From NCBI GenBank assembly GCA_003558335.1, contig PWMA01000123.1, positions 1 to 33,543 of the forward strand: 33,543 bases of DNA, read 5' to 3'. Position 1 is the first letter of the stretch. Every line of letters begins with the position of its first letter. The position numbers were made by a program, and so were the translations under genes. This DNA is from Candidatus Methanofastidiosia archaeon. Its GTDB lineage: Archaea > Methanobacteriota_B > Thermococci > Methanofastidiosales > Methanofastidiosaceae. A model generated the notes under the pieces. It had not been told where the DNA came from. It did not search any database and saw only the letters and a program-made list of their open reading frames with translations. Below are positions 27,028-33,543 of the stretch, one piece after another.

Positions 27028-29459
27028 ACCCTCATCAATACAATGTCTTTAATACTATTATCCTTTTTACCTTTGAATATGTCAAAGACTTCTCGTCTTT
27101 CTCTTCCTTTTGAGTTTTGATAAACAACAAGCCAATAGGGAAGGTAAATCTCTTCACTTTTCCATACTCTAGCATTTCCAAGGTATTCGATCCCTTTCGT
27201 GATATCATTTTTTGTTATAAGTGATTCTATTACTTTCCCCGATAAATCTTTACTCTTAACAGAAAGATCAAGTTTTTTAATTTTTTTATCTTCAAATCCC
27301 TTGACCAATTTGAATTTAATTTTTGGTTTAACATTTATAGTATTTCCATTTTGTTTGCATTCAATAAGATCTTTTGATTCAAGATTTGATAATAATGAGT
27401 GAGTTTTTCTTGTTGTGTGTCCTGTTTCCTTTTTAATCTCTTGCAGCGTTGGATTTTCTCTGTCAAGGAGATACTCCAAAAAGTTTTTTTCATCAGGTTT
27501 GAGCTTATAAATTTCTGAAAATCCTAAAGTCCTTGAAACTTTTCCTTCCCATGTTACAAGCTCCCCTGTAATCCCATCAAAAAAACATGACATGCTTTTG
27601 TAACTGCCTTTCTTTGGCATATAGTCAAAAAATACTCTGATCAACGGGTAGAATATAGGATTTATTTCCTTTACCTCCTCAGAGTGCAATGAAATCTTTT
27701 TTCTATTTTTGATGGCAATCTCTTTTATCTCTTCATAGCTTATTTCGCCCGATATAGCCGGTGCTATCCTTATGCCTCTAAAATCAGGCTCTATAAGATC
27801 TTGATAGTCAGTTTCAAAATTTTCTAAAACTTCAAAATTTTCTATAAACTCTTCATTTTCATCTATTGAAGGTATCTCTATTGGAATTCGTTTTAATACT
27901 GGTTTTGGCTCTACATATTCGGACTCCGTTAAGTCAAATTCCCCTTCTAGTCTCAACTCTTCTACTATATCTTCAAATGAAAAGTTAAGTTTGTATTCCT
28001 CATTTGCTATGTTTACTACTTCTTCCATTTCTATAACAGGTCTCTTCTGACGGTACTTTTCCAAAATAAGATTTTTGACGTTTCTTTTCATAAGATCTGG
28101 GTCAATGTCAAGCATGGGGTGTCTTTCTCTTCCCTCATGTTGACTTATCCTTGGCCGTACAGATATTAAAAATGCTCTTGAAGTCAACTCTTCTTTATCC
28201 CCTATTATAGCACTACCTATAGGAAGTGAACGTATGAATCTAAAATCAGCAAGTTTGTTTGGAATTTCTGAAGGCATTCTTTGTAAAACTGCCTTTATGT
28301 CGTCTTGATAAACTAGCTTGTGACAGATAAGTAGGTCAACTTGGGACAGTATTCTTGAATCAATCGCCGAGGGTTGTTGAGTTGCTAAAACAATAGAGCA
28401 TCCAGGCTGTCTTCCTTGTCTAACATACTCTATAAGGCTATCTGTTGCAGCTGTTGCCCTTCCTCCTCTTGGCACAAGAATATGGGCTTCATCTATCATA
28501 AGCCATGTCACAGGCACATTACCAATTAAATTAATATCGCCCATAGCTTCTTGTCTTGAGATAACCTTCCTTGCGTTTAAGATATTCCTTGAAAGAAGTC
28601 CAACTACAAGAGCTCTGACGTTATCCTCTAAAAAACTAACATCAATCACAGAGACTTGACCTCTTTTTGAAAGATCGTTTAACTTTGTTCCATTCTTATC
28701 AAAAATTCCCCATTGGATTGCCCCTGTAAGTCTTGCTGTTAATGCTCTCCTAGTGTTCTCCTTAAAACCTCCTTCTCTAGAAGATACACTTTCTTCAGTT
28801 TCAATAGTTTTTATCATTTCTTCAATGCCATAGCCATCACCTAGGCCAGAGATAAATTTTCCATCGGTAGTTGTATATCCGTCCCTAGTTTTTTCTATGA
28901 CTCTTTCAATTAAGAGGCCCATAGTATCAAATCTTTCGATATCAAAAGTAAGACACCAATCTTCTACCCTTAATTCTGATGGTTTAATCTTAAAGATATC
29001 ATCCCATGTTTCTTTAGGTGCTTTTTTGACATAACCTTTTGGGATAAAGACTTTAACGTTTTTAATACCTGTGGACCTTAATCCCCATTTCTCAAGTAGT
29101 TCTGCTTCATTTGAGACTTTGTTCTTCTGCTTCATACTCCAAAAAATACCCATGGGATCTATTATTACAATACCTACAGCATCATTTTTTAGAGCCATCT
29201 CTTCAACAATTACTCCAAGCGTGTAGGACTTTCCACTACCTCGCATTCCACATATGAAAATCGCATGAGGACTTATACTGTCAAGAAATAACTTTCTATT
29301 GAAGTGATTTTGCCATTTGTTACTTGATTCATTTATTTTTCCAATATAAAGAGCAGCTTTACTTCCATATTTTTCGAGTATACTCTTTTTTCTACCGACG
29401 TATGATCCTTCTCCATCATGGAGAAGCTCTAAGCTTTCATCAATATCTATCATGTTCAC
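27024..29459 (-). CDS. HerA/FtsK-like (DUF87) P-loop ATPase with a long C-terminal extension including a wHTH
   Basis: PHAIFICGMRGSGKSY (Walker A), IIDPMG, LMIDEAH (Walker B), RQGRQPG and LATQQPS. The start is GTG 29459 or ATG 29453. Confidence 0.85.
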   Translation of the reverse strand: MNMIDIDESLELLHDGEGSYVGRKKSILEKYGSKAALYIGKINESSNKWQNHFNRKLFLDSISPHAIFICGMRGSGKSYTLGVIVEEMALKNDAVGIVIIDPMGIFWSMKQKNKVSNEAELLEKWGLRSTGIKNVKVFIPKGYVKKAPKETWDDIFKIKPSELRVEDWCLTFDIERFDTMGLLIERVIEKTRDGYTTTDGKFISGLGDGYGIEEMIKTIETEESVSSREGGFKENTRRALTARLTGAIQWGIFDKNGTKLNDLSKRGQVSVIDVSFLEDNVRALVVGLLSRNILNARKVISRQEAMGDINLIGNVPVTWLMIDEAHILVPRGGRATAATDSLIEYVRQGRQPGCSIVLATQQPSAIDSRILSQVDLLICHKLVYQDDIKAVLQRMPSEIPNKLADFRFIRSLPIGSAIIGDKEELTSRAFLISVRPRISQHEGRERHPMLDIDPDLMKRNVKNLILEKYRQKRPVIEMEEVVNIANEEYKLNFSFEDIVEELRLEGEFDLTESEYVEPKPVLKRIPIEIPSIDENEEFIENFEVLENFETDYQDLIEPDFRGIRIAPAISGEISYEEIKEIAIKNRKKISLHSEEVKEINPIFYPLIRVFFDYMPKKGSYKSMSCFFDGITGELVTWEGKVSRTLGFSEIYKLKPDEKNFLEYLLDRENPTLQEIKKETGHTTRKTHSLLSNLESKDLIECKQNGNTINVKPKIKFKLVKGFEDKKIKKLDLSVKSKDLSGKVIESLITKNDITKGIEYLGNARVWKSEEIYLPYWLVVYQNSKGRERREVFDIFKGKKDNSIKDIVLMRV

Positions 29460-29504
29460 TAAAAAGATATAAAAAGGTACATAATTAAAACCTTTTCGGA
29501 TTTC

Positions 29505-30548
29505 ATGGATATAATTTCTAAGATTAAGACGTCTAATGGAACTATAAAAACTCCTGCTCTGTTACCTGTGTGTGCCCTTACCTATGGTGTATGGGATGTA
29601 TTTATTGAAGAAAAAGTAATTCCTCCTTGGAAACTTTCAGAGGCAACTATGTTTTCTTTAGAGTATGTAAGGAACACAAAATATGAGGAAAAAGTTTCAG
29701 ATGGATTTCACAAACTTTTTACAGAAAAAAAACCGATATTTGTTGATTCTGGAGGCTTTCAATCAATGAAAAAAGGAATTGAAAGAGATCCAATTGACGT
29801 TCTTCGATTCCAAGAAAAACTAAAAGCCGATGTAGCCGCAACTTTTGATTATCCAGTGCCTTTGAATATAGATAATTCTGAGTATATTTTGATGCTTGAA
29901 AAGAGCATTAATAGTGCTAATCTTGCATTGCAAAATAAGAAAAGAAAAGAGATGCTCTTATATGCATGTGTTCACGGTTTTTCAGACAAAGAAATAGACT
30001 GGTATTTTTCAAAACTCGATCATGATTTTGATGGTTATGCAATAGGCTCCTTAGTACCAAGAAAAAATGACTATAAATCACTCATCAAAATAATTTATAG
30101 AGCAAAAATGCATACACACAAAAGAGAGAAACCCCTGCATTTATTTGGAGTTACGGGATTTCCAATGTTGTATGCTTTAAGTTTTATGGGAGTTGAAACA
30201 ATGGACTCATGGACATATCTTGTAGCTTCAATTTATAAAGAGTATATTCATCCTGAAACGCTTAAAAGAGTTAGAATGAGAAAAGTTGGCGACATACCTA
30301 AATGCGAATGTTTTGTATGTAGTGAATTTGGCATGGATGACTTTTTAGGTGCTACAAGCGTTCCTCAAGCGTATCTTGCAATTCACAATTTGAATATATT
30401 TATGCGCGAGATGAAACTTATAAATGAGCATGTGAATCGAAATAGTATTGAAGAACTTATTGAAGAAAAAAGTAAAAAAAATCAGAGAATAAAACTAGTC
30501 TATGACTATGCAAAAAACTATCTAAAAAATAATAAAATCATTGAATGA
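29505..30548 (+). CDS. tRNA-guanine transglycosylase family protein, catalytic domain only
   Basis: IKTPALLPV, FVDSGGFQ, TFDYP, YAIGSLVP, LHLFG, MDS and the zinc site CECFVC...AIHNL. No C-terminal PUA domain. Confidence 0.85.
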   Translation: MDIISKIKTSNGTIKTPALLPVCALTYGVWDVFIEEKVIPPWKLSEATMFSLEYVRNTKYEEKVSDGFHKLFTEKKPIFVDSGGFQSMKKGIERDPIDVLRFQEKLKADVAATFDYPVPLNIDNSEYILMLEKSINSANLALQNKKRKEMLLYACVHGFSDKEIDWYFSKLDHDFDGYAIGSLVPRKNDYKSLIKIIYRAKMHTHKREKPLHLFGVTGFPMLYALSFMGVETMDSWTYLVASIYKEYIHPETLKRVRMRKVGDIPKCECFVCSEFGMDDFLGATSVPQAYLAIHNLNIFMREMKLINEHVNRNSIEELIEEKSKKNQRIKLVYDYAKNYLKNNKIIE

Positions 30549-30587
30549 TAATAACAAATATTAATTTATTAATCTAAGGGGAAAATC

Positions 30588-31580
30588 GTGGAAATTAAAG
30601 TTTTGGAAAGTTTAGATAAGCTAAAACTGATGGAAGAAGTATTCAATCAAATGAATGTTTATGTAATGATCTTGGATGATAAAAATAATATACTAATTAT
30701 AAATAACAAAGTTAAAGAAGACTTTGGCAATATTATTGGCAAAAAATGTTATGAGGTCCATCACAAGTCTTCAATTCAACCTGAATTTTGCGCAATGAAT
30801 TTGATAAAAGATGGCAAGCCAGGGAAAGAAACTTTTTTTGATGATGCTGTTACAAATAAGTGGTATGATATAATAGTAAGCAAAGTCATTATTGGGGATA
30901 GTAACTTTTATGTACATTTGATGACTGATGTCAATGAAAGACACCTATCTCAACAGAGAATAGTCGATCTAAATCAAACATTAAGAATTTTAAATAAAAT
31001 TTTAAGACATGATATTCTAAACAATATTTCAGTTGTAATGATGTCTTTAGAACTTATGGAAACAAAGGACTCAGATCTCAAAAATCGAGCTTTTTCTGCA
31101 ATTAATAAAAGCATTGAGCTAGTAGATAAACTGAGAGATCTAGAGTCTGCAATATCTTCTGGTATGGAACTTAAACCATATGATGTTAATCTCATAATAA
31201 CAGAACTTAGTCTAAATTATCCTGAAGTAAGGATTAAAGTTCAAGGTGAGTGCAAAGTTTTAGCCGATGAGGCTTTAATCTCAGTATTTGATAATCTAGT
31301 AAGAAACGCGATACTTCATGGCGAAACTGATCAAATCGATGTTGCAATTGAAAAAATGGACAGTTTCTGTACTATAAGTTTTTCTGATTATGGTAAAGGA
31401 ATACCTCAAGAAATAAGAAAAAATCTATTCCAAGAAGGCATAGCTTATGGTAAAAATAAAGGAATGGGCCTTGGGCTGTATATAGTGCAAAAGACTATTT
31501 CCAGGTACGGTGGGAAGGTCTCATTTGAAGATAATTCTCCCAAAGGTACTACCTTTATTTTGAAGTTAAAAAATGCTTAA
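30588..31580 (+). CDS. PAS-domain sensor histidine kinase
   Basis: PAS-like N-terminus (IIGKKCYEV), H-box LRHDILN, N-box NLVRNAILHG, DYGKGI and GMGLGLYIV. Confidence 0.92.
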   Translation: MEIKVLESLDKLKLMEEVFNQMNVYVMILDDKNNILIINNKVKEDFGNIIGKKCYEVHHKSSIQPEFCAMNLIKDGKPGKETFFDDAVTNKWYDIIVSKVIIGDSNFYVHLMTDVNERHLSQQRIVDLNQTLRILNKILRHDILNNISVVMMSLELMETKDSDLKNRAFSAINKSIELVDKLRDLESAISSGMELKPYDVNLIITELSLNYPEVRIKVQGECKVLADEALISVFDNLVRNAILHGETDQIDVAIEKMDSFCTISFSDYGKGIPQEIRKNLFQEGIAYGKNKGMGLGLYIVQKTISRYGGKVSFEDNSPKGTTFILKLKNA

Positions 31581-31605
31581 CTATCTAAAATAAATAATAA
31601 TACTT

Positions 31606-31872
31606 TTATTTATTGTCATCTAAATATCTATAATGTTGGACTCCAAGAACTTCTTCAAAATGCTCAGGCAAAACTACCCACTCAGGATCTTCAATTATGT
31701 ATTCAACAGGAAAATGAGTGTGACGAGTTTTAATGTAACACCAAAGTATATCATCTTCGATTAGATATTCGTACCCTTCAGAGCTATCAGCGAAAAAAGG
31801 GATAGTGTTTGTATAATTTACAGCCAAAATTATAATTACAGCCATCATCAATAAGCTAAATAACTTTTTCAT
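31606..31872 (-). CDS. Small secreted or membrane-anchored hypothetical protein
   Basis: Signal-like N-terminus MKKLFSLLMMAVIIILA and a GGTGA-N5-ATG start at 31872. The track start is 31884. Confidence 0.65.
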   Translation of the reverse strand: MKKLFSLLMMAVIIILAVNYTNTIPFFADSSEGYEYLIEDDILWCYIKTRHTHFPVEYIIEDPEWVVLPEHFEEVLGVQHYRYLDDNK

Positions 31873-32083
31873 AAAAATCACCATTTTTAGTTTTCTCGTA
31901 AAAAATTAAATAGTTCATCAGATTAACCTCACATTAGATAATCAAAAAAATATATAGTCATTCTGCACCAAAGAGATTATACAAAGTAACGTACCTTTGG
32001 TATATTATATTTTTAAATAATCTAAACAATACAATATATCACTTATAAGGACCTAGTTGTAATCTAGATTGTCTCTTCGATGA

Positions 32084-32392
32084 ATGGTTGATCTAATGAG
32101 TATTAATTACAGAAGTAGCAACAGGATAATTCTACAAATTCTCGAGTGTATACTTAAGAAAAAAACATCTCAAAGAAGAGTCTTAAAAACACATATAATA
32201 CAGTATGCAAATCTAAAAACAACAACTGCGGAGAAATATCTTAATTCGCTTGAAAATGCTGAATATATAAAAAGAATTGAAGCTACTTGGGGTAAAAGAT
32301 ACGTAATATTTTATGATATTACTGAAAAAGGCATTGAAAGATATAGGTGGTTTTCAAAACTTGATGAGGAGTTGGATGATTTAAATGAATGA
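32084..32392 (+). CDS. Archaeal winged-helix protein (HTH_45-like)
   Basis: YRSSNRIILQILE...KTHIIQYANL.TTTAEKYL..LE...YDITEKG pattern. Confidence 0.8.
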   Translation: MVDLMSINYRSSNRIILQILECILKKKTSQRRVLKTHIIQYANLKTTTAEKYLNSLENAEYIKRIEATWGKRYVIFYDITEKGIERYRWFSKLDEELDDLNE

Positions 32393-32771
32393 AGGACATA
32401 TTAATCTATTGTATGATTTAGTAGAATATATGGAAAGAGAAAGAAGGAGGCTATTTATTGCCACAGTTATTGTACTTTTAGTTGTTCCGCTGGCACTCGT
32501 TTTAAATATTATAGGTTTTTTTTCAATTACTCGATGGATACTAATTACAGATGCAGATTTTATTGGAACTCTATTTAGGGGAGGAAGATCATTTTTCTCA
32601 ATTTACTTCGTGGTAACTTTAAACACAATTACTAGCATCGCTCTTGTATTTCTTGGAATAAAGAATCTTTTATTCCTTAAAGCATGGGATAAAAAACTTA
32701 ACAAAATTAAAAAGATAGAAAAGAAAATTCACGATGAAGTTTTTAAAGATAAAGGATTAATTGAAAACTAA
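32385..32771 (+). CDS. Hypothetical membrane protein (two TM helices)
   Basis: Two hydrophobic segments with basic flanks. Overlaps the wHTH stop by 8 bp. Confidence 0.7.
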   Translation: MNEGHINLLYDLVEYMERERRRLFIATVIVLLVVPLALVLNIIGFFSITRWILITDADFIGTLFRGGRSFFSIYFVVTLNTITSIALVFLGIKNLLFLKAWDKKLNKIKKIEKKIHDEVFKDKGLIEN

Positions 32772-32876
32772 TAAGATATACAAAATTTATAACTTTATAT
32801 AATTGAAGCTAGTGTTAATTCCAATAAATAGAATTTAGCATTGTAATGTATTTTTCTTATCCTCTAATCCAAACAA

Positions 32877-33155
32877 TTAAGATTTAACTTCTTCCATCAT
32901 GCTTTCTATATGATTTCTTAAAGTGTCTATAACTTTTTTTCTTAAAAAGATACAATCTTTTGAAGCCTCTTTTTTGATGTTCATTAGATCTTCTTGAGTT
33001 TCTTCTTTTTTATTTTCTAATTTTTCAGAGATCTTTTTTAAATCATTATTTAGTTCTGAAACATCTACCCCTTGATCTTCAAGTTTTTTTATTGATAGCT
33101 CTAGTTGGGATAGCGTTTCTCGAATATCATCTAAGTTTGAATTTTTTGTTTCCAT
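32877..33155 (-). CDS. Hypothetical coiled-coil protein
   Basis: 92-aa Glu/Lys/Leu-rich heptad pattern filling the gap between genes. Confidence 0.65.
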   Translation of the reverse strand: METKNSNLDDIRETLSQLELSIKKLEDQGVDVSELNNDLKKISEKLENKKEETQEDLMNIKKEASKDCIFLRKKVIDTLRNHIESMMEEVKS

Positions 33156-33274
33156 ATATATCTGCCTTAATTGATTTAAATAAAATGTTTTTTAACTTTA
33201 ATGGAAATTTTATTTAAGTTAAAGATATGATATGTATTAAGATATTTTGGAAATTTTTAGCATTTTTATAGATA

Positions 33275-33543
33275 TCAATTTTTAAAACTTGTAACAGATG
33301 CTGGTATCTTTCCACCTCTTTTGACAAATTTAGAGCAGTCAATCTTCTTTACAGCCATAATGGAGCCTTCTCCCAATAGACCACCAAAATGAACATAGTC
33401 TCCTTCCTTTTTACCTTTGATTGGAACAAGTCTTACGCCCACTGTTTTATTATTATAGACGCCAATTGCTATTTCATCTGCAATTATACCTGCTATAATC
33501 TCTTCAGGAGTATCTCCAGGAATAGGAACCATATCAAGACCTA
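33275..33543 (-). CDS. UPF0210/DUF711 (PFL-like) family protein, 3' part only
   Basis: [12 protein letters not shown]...[20 protein letters not shown]...FGGLLG...RGGKIPA. The frame is open to the window edge. Confidence 0.88.
   Translation of the reverse strand, partial: GLDMVPIPGDTPEEIIAGIIADEIAIGVYNNKTVGVRLVPIKGKKEGDYVHFGGLLGEGSIMAVKKIDCSKFVKRGGKIPASVTSFKN

Noticed and set aside
1-33543. tRNA or rRNA genes
   Set aside because: No GC-rich structured island or cloverleaf was seen in any intergenic region by eye.

Overview
AT-rich archaeal window from a methanogen, judged by mmp3, archaeal mevalonate genes, tes and GGTGA/GGAGG RBS plus TATA-type promoters. The gene content resembles Ca. Methanofastidiosa, which is an inference. 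Positions 1-8.9 kb hold the leader end of a CRISPR array (30-bp repeat) and a complete type I-B operon on the minus strand (cas6-cas8b-cas7-cas5-cas3-cas4-cas1-cas2). cas3 is split by an in-frame TAA, and cas8b carries a likely hidden cas11 start (GGAGG-N7-TTG). A 1260-bp ISA1214-like IS with 18-bp TIRs, a 9-bp TSD and a small DUF2080 ORF sits just upstream of the cas6 TATA box, and its transposase seems to have lost one catalytic Asp. The rest is mostly housekeeping. On the plus strand: rpiA, a TrmB-like regulator, a JAMM protease, an AsnB-like ATP pyrophosphatase, AMP phosphorylase, a membrane protein, DUF362, a CMD-family protein and nfo. Then a long minus-strand run: HerA-like ATPase, mmp3, HMG-CoA synthase, thiolase, DUF35, hmgA, korDABG (korD has no ATG/GTG/TTG start) and tetraether synthase tes. 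The window ends with a short PUA-less TGT paralog, a PAS histidine kinase, small unknown proteins and a partial UPF0210/DUF711 gene. All family calls come from motif recognition by eye, with no database searches.
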